Notes under the pieces: generated by a model
The model's input: the letters and a program-made list of their open reading frames with translations, nothing else
What the model was told of the DNA's origin: nothing
Databases searched by the model: none
Origin: Desulfobacterales bacterium
Lineage (GTDB): Bacteria > Desulfobacterota > Desulfobacteria > Desulfobacterales > UBA5852
Length of the DNA: 64,000 bases
Reading direction: 5' to 3'
Assembly (NCBI GenBank): GCA_963674755.2
Contig: CAXXVS010000003.1
Location: 1,632,001 to 1,696,000, forward strand
In this document: one piece after another, positions 35,854 to 45,164 of the stretch
How positions within the stretch are numbered: position 1 is the stretch's first letter
Layout: every line of letters begins with the position of its first letter
Program-made: the position numbers and the translations under genes

Positions 35854-36119
35854 GCTATCGACGCCCGGTTGCGGCAAATGTCCCGTTTTGAGCGTGGGAA
35901 CCCGATCGCGATCGAAATCACAATCGGGATTGTCTTTTCGGACGTCTTGTCGATGGCGTCCCACCACCTTCCGTTGCCATCGAATCTAATCCCACGGGTG
36001 CCTGAATGTTCCCACCCGGTTGCGATCCTTGTTGCGATGGGACTTCCACCTGGACGGCTTTCCAAAAATGCTTACCATGCCTGTGGGTTTGGCCGGCCCG
36101 AATGAATGGGAGAAGCACC

Positions 36120-37337
36120 ATGTTTGGCATCAACGACGATAGCTTGGCCAGTATCGAGTTTCGCCTCAAGTGGGAAAAACACGGCGTCCGGCATACCGAC
36201 GCCCTCTATGCCCAGCGGGTCAATTTCTGGCGCGACCTGTTGCCGGACGGCCTGCGCCGGGATCTCATAGGCGCCTTGCCCGGCGACACGGTTTCCCAGA
36301 CTTACGGTGCCGGCGACATGATTCCCTCGCCGGATGAACGCCGCTGCCACAGCGTCCCGCATCGCCGCATCGCAGGCCGACTGGCGGACGGCACCCCCCT
36401 CAGGCCCCGCTACGGGCGCTTTTATCCCCGGGGCATCCTGCGCGGGGTGCCCGGTGTTTTCCGGGGCAATGTCGAACCGTTTCGCTGCACGGATACCCAT
36501 GCCGCCGGCATCCGGGCCGATTTCAACCACCCGCTGGCCGGCCGGCCGCTGCACCTGGAGGCCCGTGTCCTGGATGTGCGGGAAAAATTCGAAGAGCACG
36601 GCGGCACCGCCACCGACTGGATCGAACAGGCCGCAACCGGTCCCGGCATGCAGGCACGCCACAACGGATCGGCCACGCAGTTTTTTGAACCCCGCGCCTT
36701 CGAACGGGAGGATGACGGGGAAGACGGAGATTTCTACCGCGCCCCGCGGCTGGTCCAGCACATCGACGAACAGGCCGTGGCCACCCTATCCGATCTCTAC
36801 GGACGTCTGGTGGCGCCGGGCAGCCGTGTGCTGGACCTCATGAGCAGCTGGACCTCGCACCTGCCCGATGCGCTCGATCTGGTGTCGGTGAGGGGGCTGG
36901 GGCTCAACGCCGAAGAACTGGCCCGCAACAAGCGGCTGCGTGGTTATGATGTCCACGATCTCAACCAGGCGCCGCGACTGCCCTATCCGGATGCCGCCTT
37001 CGAGGCGGTGGTCTGCACGGTGTCGGTGGAATACCTCACCCAACCCCGGGCGGTGTTTGCCGACGTGGCCCGGGTGCTGAGCCCCGGCGGGATCTTTGTG
37101 GTTACCTTTTCCGACCGCTGGTTTCCCACCAAGGCGATCCGCCTCTGGAAAGAGCTGCATCCCTTCGAACGCATGGGCCTGGTGCTGGAGCTGTTCCATC
37201 AGACCGGGCGCTTCGCTTCCCTGGCGACCTTTTCCAGCCAGGGCCGACCGCGGCCCGCCAACGACAAATATGCCGACCGGATGGCCTTTTCCGATCCCGT
37301 TTTCGGGGTGTGGGGACGCCGTCCGGAAGGGGATTGA
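36120..37337 (+). CDS. SAM-dependent methyltransferase with N-terminal FKBP/SlyD-like domain
   Basis: ADFNHPLAGRPLHLEARV; DGDFYRAPRLVQHID, VLDLMSSWTSHLP, GLGLNAEEL, HDLN, SVEYLTQP, FSDRWFPTK. Confidence 0.8.
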   Translation: MFGINDDSLASIEFRLKWEKHGVRHTDALYAQRVNFWRDLLPDGLRRDLIGALPGDTVSQTYGAGDMIPSPDERRCHSVPHRRIAGRLADGTPLRPRYGRFYPRGILRGVPGVFRGNVEPFRCTDTHAAGIRADFNHPLAGRPLHLEARVLDVREKFEEHGGTATDWIEQAATGPGMQARHNGSATQFFEPRAFEREDDGEDGDFYRAPRLVQHIDEQAVATLSDLYGRLVAPGSRVLDLMSSWTSHLPDALDLVSVRGLGLNAEELARNKRLRGYDVHDLNQAPRLPYPDAAFEAVVCTVSVEYLTQPRAVFADVARVLSPGGIFVVTFSDRWFPTKAIRLWKELHPFERMGLVLELFHQTGRFASLATFSSQGRPRPANDKYADRMAFSDPVFGVWGRRPEGD

Positions 37338-37474
37338 TCCCCGCATCGGTCGATCCGGCCCAGGTGCAAGGTATCCCCCCACGGGCTGGTTTTTCCCGGC
37401 TTGCAATTTCCGCCGTCTGCCTTTAGGTTGGGCGCCGACCATCCCTTATCATTGACGCAGCGGAGATTGCCGGC

Positions 37475-38062
37475 ATGGAACGCCTCGAACAGCAGATTGC
37501 CTTCGTCCGTGAGCTGGACAAACTCAAACGGGTTCAGCGCCAGACCTGGCTGACCGATAAAAGCCGCCAGGAAAATGCGGCCGAGCACTCCTGGCACATC
37601 GCCGTCATGACGCTGGTGCTGTCCGAATATGCTCCGGGAGACGATCTGGACATGGGCCGTGTCATGCAAATGCTCCTGATCCACGACATCGTGGAAATCG
37701 ATGCCGGCGACACCTTCTGCTACGACCAGGCGGCCGTGGCCCTTCAGACCGACCGGGAAAAAGCGGCGGCCGAGCGTCTTTTCGGACTTCTGCCGCCGGA
37801 TCAGGCCGAACGCTTCCGGGGCCTCTGGGAGGAATTCGAGTCCGGCCGAACACCGGAAGCCCTGCTGGCCCATTCCCTGGACCGCCTCCAGCCCATCCTG
37901 AACAACTTTCATACCGACGGCAAATCCTGGCGCGCCAACGGCGTCACCCGTCGCCAGGTACGCGAGCGAAACCGCCTCGTGGCCGAGGGTGCGCCGCCGC
38001 TTTGGGACTATATCGAGGGTCTGCTGCAACGCGCCGTGGACCGGGGGATCCTCAAGGCGTGA
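37475..38062 (+). CDS. HD-domain phosphohydrolase (5'-deoxynucleotidase-like)
   Basis: DKLK..R, ENAAEHSWH, IHDIVEIDAGD, LDRLQP. Confidence 0.88.
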   Translation: MERLEQQIAFVRELDKLKRVQRQTWLTDKSRQENAAEHSWHIAVMTLVLSEYAPGDDLDMGRVMQMLLIHDIVEIDAGDTFCYDQAAVALQTDREKAAAERLFGLLPPDQAERFRGLWEEFESGRTPEALLAHSLDRLQPILNNFHTDGKSWRANGVTRRQVRERNRLVAEGAPPLWDYIEGLLQRAVDRGILKA

Positions 38063-38099
38063 GCGCCCGCCTGCCGTCGAATCCGCAAAGGCCCTGCTT

Positions 38100-38798
38100 A
38101 TGACAACGCCGGAACCGATCATTCAGACCCGTGAGCTGACCCGCCGCTACCCCTTGGGGGGCAGTGAAGTGGTGGGGGTGGATCGGGTTTCGCTGACCAT
38201 CGCGGCCGGAGAGCTCGTGGTTCTCAAGGGCAACAGCGGGTCGGGCAAGAGCACCCTGCTTTCCCTGCTGGCCGGCCTTGACGACCCCACGGGCGGTCGG
38301 CTGCAGGTGGCGGGCTATGACCTCCGCCGTCTCTCGGAAGCCCGCAAGAACCGTTACCGCCGCGAGGTGGTGGGCATGATTTTCCAGGCCTTCAACCTGC
38401 TGCCCACCATGAGCGTTTTAGAGAATGTCTGCCTGCCGGCCCTTTTGGCCGGCCATCCTTACCGGCCTACGGTGGCACGGGCCTGCGAACTGTTGGACTG
38501 GCTGGGGATGCGCCCCCGCGGCGACCACCGGCCGGCCCAGCTTTCCGGCGGGGAAATGCAGCGCACCGCCATCGCACGGGCCCTCATCAACGATCCGGCC
38601 CTGATTCTGGCGGACGAACCCACCGGCAACCTGGACAGCCGCAACGGGGAGCGCGTCATCGAACTCCTGCGGGACCTCAACCGCCGCTGGCAGCGTACGG
38701 TGGTGATCGCCACCCACAGCAATCTGGCCGATCCCTTCGCCAGCCTGCAGATTTGCCTCAAGGACGGTGTGGTCACCGAGGCGACATGCGATTCCTGA
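38100..38798 (+). CDS. ABC transporter ATP-binding protein (LolD/MacB type, AttE-like)
   Basis: GNSGSGKS, LSGGEMQR, ILADEPTGNLD. Confidence 0.92.
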   Translation: MTTPEPIIQTRELTRRYPLGGSEVVGVDRVSLTIAAGELVVLKGNSGSGKSTLLSLLAGLDDPTGGRLQVAGYDLRRLSEARKNRYRREVVGMIFQAFNLLPTMSVLENVCLPALLAGHPYRPTVARACELLDWLGMRPRGDHRPAQLSGGEMQRTAIARALINDPALILADEPTGNLDSRNGERVIELLRDLNRRWQRTVVIATHSNLADPFASLQICLKDGVVTEATCDS

Positions 38799-41365
38799 TC
38801 TTTTTCCTGCGCCTTTTCACCTGGTTCAGCCTGCGCCAGGTCCGCCTGCATCCCTGGCGGGCCGGTACGGTCTTGGCGGGGGTGGCCCTGGGCGCGGCCG
38901 TATTCGGCAGCGTGCGTCTGGCGGTGGATGCCTCCCTGGACTCCTTCACGCGCAGCATGGATATCGTGGCCGGCAGCGCCGATCTCACGGTGACGCTCCC
39001 GGGCGGGCGTGTGGGCGAAGACCTGGTGGCCAAGCTCCTGCAGCTTCCCGAGGTGCGGGCCGCTTCGCCTTTCCTGTCCACCTACACCCGGTCCCGGGAA
39101 GGAGCCGGTCGCCCCTTCCTCCTGATCGGTCTGGATCCCATTCTCGATCGATCCCTGCGGACATGGGAGGCGGCCCTGCAGCCCGGCACCGAGCGCAGCT
39201 GGATCCGGCTGCTTGCCGAGCCCTTTACGCTGATGGCCGGCGGCGCGTTGGCCAAAACCGAAGGATGGACGGCCGGGCAGACCATCCACCTGGAGCAGCG
39301 CCAGGGCTCCATGCCCTTTACCGTGCTGGGCGATCTGCTGCCGGAAGGCCTCGGCGTGACGGAAAACGGACGGGTGGCCCTCACCGACATCGCCACCTTC
39401 CAGGAATTTACGGGTACCATTGGCACGCTGGACCGCATCGACATCATGCTGAATACGCCTTCGGCGGAAGCGCGGGCCGCCCTGGAGGCCCTTCTGCCGC
39501 CAGGGGTCGTGCTGCAGGGCCCCGGCGAGGCCCGGCGCAGCGGCCGCAGTATGATCCGGGCCTATGCCCTCAATCTTTCCATCCTGAGTTTCGCGGCCCT
39601 GTTTGTGGGCATGTTTCTGGTTTACAGCCTGGTTGCCCTGAATGCGGCCTCCCGCCGACGGGAACTTGCCATATTGCGGTCGTTGGGGGCTTCCGCCCGG
39701 ACCCTGTTCTGGCTCTTTATCGTGGAGGGCGCATTTTTCGGCCTTGTGGGCTGGCTGCTGGCGCTGCCCATGGGCAGCTTGCTGACCCGTTTTCTCGTGG
39801 ACGGCGTCAGCCGCACGGTGACGAATCTCTTCGTGCGGGTCAATGTGGACACGATGACCCTCAGCCCCGGGGAAATTGTATTTTCTTTGGGCGTAACCCT
39901 GGTGGTGGCTGTCCTGGCGGCGGTGCAGCCGGCCCGGGAGGTCATGGGCATCGCCCCCAAAGAAGTCATGGCCACGGGCGCGCCCGGAACGGGAAGCGTG
40001 GGGCGCACCTCCCATCTGGCCCTGGGCGGTCTGGTCTGCGTCCTGGCGGTGGTGCCCCTGGCCGCTATGCCGGGCTACCGGGGGCTGCCGCTGCCCGGCT
40101 ATCTGGCGACCCTGCTGCTGTTTGTGGGGTTCGCCTTGATGGCGCCCTGGGCCCTTAAGAACGCCGGGAAACGGCTGCAGCCTTTTCTGCGGCGCCGGGC
40201 CGGTTTAGCGGCCCACCTGGCCGCCGGTTATATCCAGGAAAGCGGCCGCCGGACGGCCGTTTCGGTGGGGGCCCTGGTGACGGCCGTGGCCTTGTTTACG
40301 GCGCTGGTGATCATGGTCCAGAGTTTCCGCCACACGGTGGAGATCTGGGTCCGCCAGACCATCAGCGGCGATCTCTTCGTGACCACCCGCATGGCGGAGA
40401 CCAACCGGACCTGGGATCCCCTCCCGGCAGGTGTGGAACCCTATCTGAAGGCTCTCGATGCCGTGGATCTGGTGCCCAACCGGCGCTTTACGCTCAACTA
40501 CAGTGATGTCCCCTTCATTCTCGAAGCGATGGATTTTGCCACTTTCGACCGCTATGGCACCTTTTTCTGGCTGGAGGGCAACGCCCGGGAACTGACGAGC
40601 CCCCTCGAGGCAGGTGAGGGGGTGGTTGTTTCGGAAGTTTTCGCCAACAGGACCGGGCTGGCTGTAGGGGATCGGTTCCGCACCCAGGTGCAGGGGATTG
40701 CGCTGGATTGGCCGATTCTGGGCATCGTGCGCGACTACCGCACCCGGGGCGGGGTGGTGTTCTGCTCCCTGGAAGCCCTCCGACGGCAGCACGGCCCCAT
40801 GGCCTGGGGCGGCGTGCGCATCTTCTTCAAGGATCGCGCCCAGGCGGGGGGGCAAGCGCTGGAGCGCCTGCAGGACGACCTGCGGCTGCGCTTCGGCGAC
40901 CGCCTGGACATGCTGGCCGGCGAGGCGCTGCGGGCCGGTGTGCTCAAGATTTTCGACGAAACCTTTGCCATTACCACGGTGCTGCTGATCATCGCGCTGG
41001 TGGTGGCCGCCCTGGGCATCACCACCACCCTGACGGTGCTGGTGCTGGAACGCACCCGTGAACTGAACACGGTCTACGCCGTGGGCGGGAGCCGGGGCCA
41101 GATTCGCCGGATGATTCTGTGGGAAGCGATATTCATGGTGGCGGTGGGGGAAGTGGGCGGGCTGCTGTGCGGGTTCGTGCTGTCCTATTTGCTGGTGTTC
41201 GTGATCAACCGTCAGTCCTTCGGGTGGACCTTTCTCTACGGCGTGGACTGGGGCGCCCTGGGGTTTTCCCTGCCCTTGATCGTGGCCACGGCCCTGATGG
41301 CGGCCCTGCCGGCCATGCGGGTGGTCTACCAAGTGCCGCCGGCGACGCTATTGCGGGAGCGGTGA
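38786..41365 (+). CDS. FtsX/MacB-type ABC permease with duplicated halves (AttFG-like)
   Basis: Two periplasmic plus FtsX halves; RRRELAILRSLGA, INRQSFGW. Confidence 0.88.
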   Translation: MRFLIFFLRLFTWFSLRQVRLHPWRAGTVLAGVALGAAVFGSVRLAVDASLDSFTRSMDIVAGSADLTVTLPGGRVGEDLVAKLLQLPEVRAASPFLSTYTRSREGAGRPFLLIGLDPILDRSLRTWEAALQPGTERSWIRLLAEPFTLMAGGALAKTEGWTAGQTIHLEQRQGSMPFTVLGDLLPEGLGVTENGRVALTDIATFQEFTGTIGTLDRIDIMLNTPSAEARAALEALLPPGVVLQGPGEARRSGRSMIRAYALNLSILSFAALFVGMFLVYSLVALNAASRRRELAILRSLGASARTLFWLFIVEGAFFGLVGWLLALPMGSLLTRFLVDGVSRTVTNLFVRVNVDTMTLSPGEIVFSLGVTLVVAVLAAVQPAREVMGIAPKEVMATGAPGTGSVGRTSHLALGGLVCVLAVVPLAAMPGYRGLPLPGYLATLLLFVGFALMAPWALKNAGKRLQPFLRRRAGLAAHLAAGYIQESGRRTAVSVGALVTAVALFTALVIMVQSFRHTVEIWVRQTISGDLFVTTRMAETNRTWDPLPAGVEPYLKALDAVDLVPNRRFTLNYSDVPFILEAMDFATFDRYGTFFWLEGNARELTSPLEAGEGVVVSEVFANRTGLAVGDRFRTQVQGIALDWPILGIVRDYRTRGGVVFCSLEALRRQHGPMAWGGVRIFFKDRAQAGGQALERLQDDLRLRFGDRLDMLAGEALRAGVLKIFDETFAITTVLLIIALVVAALGITTTLTVLVLERTRELNTVYAVGGSRGQIRRMILWEAIFMVAVGEVGGLLCGFVLSYLLVFVINRQSFGWTFLYGVDWGALGFSLPLIVATALMAALPAMRVVYQVPPATLLRER

Positions 41366-41419
41366 GGCACCGAGGACTCGTCCTGGCGGCAGGCCAGCGC
41401 CGCCGGCGACGATAACCCG

Positions 41420-42592
41420 ATGAAAGAAGAGCGACATATCACAACCATGGGAAACATTCGCATCCGGTTGAGACCTTGGGGATTGCTGGTGGCACTGGCG
41501 GTCCTGTTCGCGGGACCGGTCCTGGGGCAGGACGACCAGGCGGACTTCCGGTCGATCACCGGGCCTTGCCACCTCCAATTTCCCGCCGACCACGGGGCGC
41601 ACCCCGGCTTTCGCACCGAATGGTGGTACTACACCGGCAACCTGGCCGCGTCCAACGGCGAACGGTTCGGTTTCCAGCTGACCTTTTTCCGGCGGCAGCT
41701 GCGTCCTGACGGGGCCGTCCGGGACTGGCCCGCGCCAGCCTCCGCCTGGCGCACGAACCAGATCTTTTTGGCCCATGCCGCCCTGACCGATCTGGCCCGC
41801 AAACAGCATTTCATGGCGGAAAAGGTCAGCCGGGAAAGCCTCGGGATGGCCGGTGCCGTTACCCGCGGCCGGGAAACGCGGATCTTCCTGCAGCAGTGGG
41901 CGGCGGCCATTACACCGCAGGGCCACACCCTGATCATGACCGATCCGGCCTTCGGCCTGACCCTGAACCTCGTGCCTACCAAGGGGCCGGTCGCCCACGG
42001 GGCGAGCGGTTATTCCCGCAAAGGTGACCGGCCGGAGCAGGCCAGCTGCTACTATTCATTTCCCCGCTTGGACGTCAGCGGCCGCGTGCGAGTGGGCACC
42101 ACCGCGTTTGCCGTCACGGGCCAGGGATGGATGGATCACGAGTACAGCACGGCGCCCTTGGCGGAAGGCGTCGCCGGATGGGACTGGTTCAGCATCCAGC
42201 TCGACGATGGGCGGGAGCTCATGCTCTATTTCCTGCGCCGGGCGGACGGCGGGTGGCAGGACGTTTCCGGCGGCTCCCTGATCGACGGCCAGGGACACGT
42301 CGTGCCCCTGGCGCTTTCCGACGTCCAAGCGCGTATCACCCGTCGCTGGACCAGCCCGGCGACCGGAGCGGCTTATCCCCTCGGCTGGGAAATCAGTCTC
42401 CCCGACCGGAAACTCAACCTGAGGATTGCGGCCTGCCTGGACGATCAGGAGATGGTGACCACCGGCAGCACCGGGGTAACGTATTGGGAGGGATGTATCG
42501 ATGTGAAGGGAAGTGACGGCGGGGCCCCTTTGACCGGGCAGGGCTATATGGAGCTCACCGGGTACGCCGACCCCTATGCCCCGCCCCTTTAA
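41420..42592 (+). CDS. AttH/CrtC-like lipocalin-domain secreted protein
   Basis: FPADHGAHPGFRTEWWYYTGNL, GFQLTFFR, YYSFPRL, WMDHEYS, GWDWFS, YWEG, GYMELTGY; start may instead be 41447. Confidence 0.88.
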   Translation: MKEERHITTMGNIRIRLRPWGLLVALAVLFAGPVLGQDDQADFRSITGPCHLQFPADHGAHPGFRTEWWYYTGNLAASNGERFGFQLTFFRRQLRPDGAVRDWPAPASAWRTNQIFLAHAALTDLARKQHFMAEKVSRESLGMAGAVTRGRETRIFLQQWAAAITPQGHTLIMTDPAFGLTLNLVPTKGPVAHGASGYSRKGDRPEQASCYYSFPRLDVSGRVRVGTTAFAVTGQGWMDHEYSTAPLAEGVAGWDWFSIQLDDGRELMLYFLRRADGGWQDVSGGSLIDGQGHVVPLALSDVQARITRRWTSPATGAAYPLGWEISLPDRKLNLRIAACLDDQEMVTTGSTGVTYWEGCIDVKGSDGGAPLTGQGYMELTGYADPYAPPL

Positions 42593-42649
42593 GACGGGAC
42601 GGTCCCGAGGATTCCCGTTGCCCAGGCATGCCTCAACTTATCATTCTCC

Positions 42650-42700
42650 TTGACAGGTCGATAAGATATCCATTAGGTTAATGCGAATTATTCTTATTAA
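42650..42700 (+). promoter_or_regulatory. Sigma-70-type promoter overlapped by a Fur/PerR-like palindrome
   Basis: TTGACA-N18-TAGGTT; TTAATGCGAAT-T-ATTCTTATTAA (42678-42700), 9 of 11 arm positions symmetric. Confidence 0.55.
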
Positions 42701-42712
42701 GGTAAGGATTTA

Positions 42713-43111
42713 ATGGCAACCCTTCGCAAACGCGTTCCATGGCTGATGGTCGTTCTGCTCATCCTGTCCCTGACCGGACAGGCGGCCGCGGCCTTCGTCA
42801 TGCCATGCCGGGGGACCACTTCGTGCTGCTGCCAGCCGATGGCGGCCGGGATGACCCATGAAACACGTCCTTCCTGTTGCGAAACCACGCCATCACAACC
42901 CTGCGACATCGCTTCGGATGCCCATCCGACGCGCGTGCCTTTTCTGACCACCGTTTCTGTCGACCGGGTGGGCGGGTACGCTCCCGCAGGTCTCGCAGCC
43001 CCCCTGACCGTATCGACAAGTATTATATCTTCTTTCCGATATGACGACCGGCATACGTCCGGTCGGGACGATCCGCCCGTTTACCTCCTTATCCAGACCA
43101 TTCTTTGTTGA
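42713..43111 (+). CDS. Exported Cys-rich small protein with C-terminal PP motif (possible metal-sensing leader)
   Basis: Signal peptide, C..CCC..CC..C cluster, ends DDPPVYLLIQTILC; TAAGGA RBS. Confidence 0.65.
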   Translation: MATLRKRVPWLMVVLLILSLTGQAAAAFVMPCRGTTSCCCQPMAAGMTHETRPSCCETTPSQPCDIASDAHPTRVPFLTTVSVDRVGGYAPAGLAAPLTVSTSIISSFRYDDRHTSGRDDPPVYLLIQTILC

Positions 43112-43382
43112 AGCCTTTTTTCAGAACCTGAAGACACGCATCTTCGATGGTTTCCGCTGTCGATGCGCCCGTCGTCTTGCGGTGGTCCAACAGGTTCCCC
43201 AGCCTTAACTGCTTGCCCCTAAACGATAGCAAGAGAGAACCCCGGCAGGGGTGACTCCGGCAATCTAAAAATCCAAAGATCTCCCTGAGGGGAGACCAAA
43301 AGTTCGTGCCTTCTGAGCCGCTGAGGCTTCCCAAAATGTGGGTCACCGTGCGGCAAGGGCACCATCAAAGGAGATTCTATCC

Positions 43383-43982
43383 ATGGCAAAGAACAAGAAG
43401 AGCAAGAAACGTGAGCCGGCAGCCAACAATTCCAACGATTTGCGCACCCGGAAAAAAGAAGCCGTCATGGGCGGCGACGAAAAAAAGGGCGGACTGATGC
43501 CCGTCATCGTGGCGGTGGTCCTCGTGGCCGCCCTGGCAGGGGGGTATACGTTCTACACCCGGCAGTCGACCTCGGCACCCGTGGCGTCCTCCTCCCCCGG
43601 ACCGTCTGTTCCCGCGAACAGTGCGGCCGTCGCCCCAGGGATGATTGCCTATCCGGTAAGCCTTTTTGAGGACGGGCAGGCCAAACACTTCGAGTTCCAG
43701 GATGGCGACCGGACCATCCGTTATTTCGTGATCAAGAGCGCCGACGGGGTCATCCGAGCCGCTTTCGATGCCTGCGACGTGTGCTGGCCGGCCGGCAAGG
43801 GCTATTACCAGGAAGGCGATTTCATGGTCTGCCGCAACTGCGGCCGGAAATTCGCCTCCAATCTGGTGAACGAAGTCCAGGGCGGCTGCAATCCGGCGCC
43901 CCTCAAGCGCAGCTTGGACAACGGCATGCTGGTTATTCGTCCGGACGATATCCGCAGTGGCGCCGGTTACTTCAAACTATAA
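43383..43982 (+). CDS. DUF2318 (predicted Fe-S/metal-binding) membrane-anchored protein
   Basis: Single TM helix; AAFDACDVC, GYYQEG, CRNCG, GGCNPAPL; AAAGGAG RBS. Confidence 0.85.
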   Translation: MAKNKKSKKREPAANNSNDLRTRKKEAVMGGDEKKGGLMPVIVAVVLVAALAGGYTFYTRQSTSAPVASSSPGPSVPANSAAVAPGMIAYPVSLFEDGQAKHFEFQDGDRTIRYFVIKSADGVIRAAFDACDVCWPAGKGYYQEGDFMVCRNCGRKFASNLVNEVQGGCNPAPLKRSLDNGMLVIRPDDIRSGAGYFKL

Positions 43983-43996
43983 GGGAAGGCCTGATC

Positions 43997-45154
43997 ATGA
44001 CGCTGAAACAAATTGCCATTCAGAATCTACTGCGCCGCAAAGGCAAGGCCATACTGATTCTGCTGGGTCTTGTGCTGGGCATCGGCACGGTGATCACGGT
44101 GATCAGCTTTTCCGATGCCGTGACCGGCGACATCAACCACAAACTGGAGAAATACGGCGCCAATATCCTGATTTTGCCGCGCACCGAAAATCTCTCCCTG
44201 AGCTACGGCGGTATCCAGATGGGCGGAATTTCGTTTGATATGCAGGAGCTGCGCGAATCCGATCTGGCGGCCGTCAAGGATATCCAATACGCGCGCAATA
44301 TCGCGGCCATGGGGCCCATGGCCCTGGGAGCCGTCAAGGTCAACGACCGGTCCGTCATGCTGGCGGGGGTGGATTTCGAGGAAGCCCTGATCCTGAAACC
44401 CTGGTGGAAAATCGAAGGGCGGCAGCCCGACGGCGCTGGTCTTCTGGCCGGTGCCGAGGCGGCCCGGGTGCTGGGGCTGACCGTGGGCGACACGGTGACG
44501 ATCGCCGGAAAGAATATGGCGGTCACGGGTCTTCTCAACCCCACCGGGTCCCAGGACGATCAACTGCTGTTTACCACCCTGCCGGCGGCCCAGGATCTGC
44601 TGAATATGCCCGGGCGCGTGTCCATGGTGGAGGTGGCCGCCCTGTGCACGGCCTGCCCGATCGAAGCGATGGTGGAACAGATCGGGGCCGTGCTGCCCGG
44701 AGCCAAAGTCATGGCCATTCAGCAGGTCGTCAAAGGCCGCATGGATACCCTGGCCCACTTCAAGAAACTGTCCTTCGGCGTGTCGGTGATCATCATTTTT
44801 ATCGGCAGCCTGGTGGTGCTGGTGACCATGACCGGCAGCGTGCGCGAACGCAAAGAGGAGATCGGCGTGTTCCGCGCCATTGGATTCCGCCAGCAGCACG
44901 TCATGCGCATCATTCTGATGGAAGCCACCCTGATCGCCACCAGCGCGGGCGTGATCGGTTACCTGCTCTCCATGGGGGCCACCCGTCTGGCGCTGCTGCT
45001 CTTTGCCGACAATCCCCACGTGGCGCTGCCCTGGAATCCGACCCTGGCGGCCGGGGCATTGGCGATGTCCCTGGTGGTGGGCGTTTCGGCCTCCATCTAC
45101 CCGGCCCTGACGGCAGCCCGCATGGACCCCAACGACGCGCTGCGTGCGCTTTGA
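43997..45154 (+). CDS. FtsX/MacB-type ABC permease with periplasmic CxxC
   Basis: NLLRRK, YGANI, ALCTACP, ERKEEIGVFRAIGF. Confidence 0.88.
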   Translation: MTLKQIAIQNLLRRKGKAILILLGLVLGIGTVITVISFSDAVTGDINHKLEKYGANILILPRTENLSLSYGGIQMGGISFDMQELRESDLAAVKDIQYARNIAAMGPMALGAVKVNDRSVMLAGVDFEEALILKPWWKIEGRQPDGAGLLAGAEAARVLGLTVGDTVTIAGKNMAVTGLLNPTGSQDDQLLFTTLPAAQDLLNMPGRVSMVEVAALCTACPIEAMVEQIGAVLPGAKVMAIQQVVKGRMDTLAHFKKLSFGVSVIIIFIGSLVVLVTMTGSVRERKEEIGVFRAIGFRQQHVMRIILMEATLIATSAGVIGYLLSMGATRLALLLFADNPHVALPWNPTLAAGALAMSLVVGVSASIYPALTAARMDPNDALRAL

Positions 45155-45164
45155 GAGGTGAACC

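Noticed and set aside
35895..35932. ATCG-rich imperfect palindrome CCCGATCGCGATCGAAATCACAATCGGG
   Set aside because: Single short copy; no function can be supported from this window
43106..43222. Selenocysteine read-through at Cys-TGA ending the Cys-rich ORF
   Set aside because: No convincing bacterial SECIS and the extension has no recognisable features
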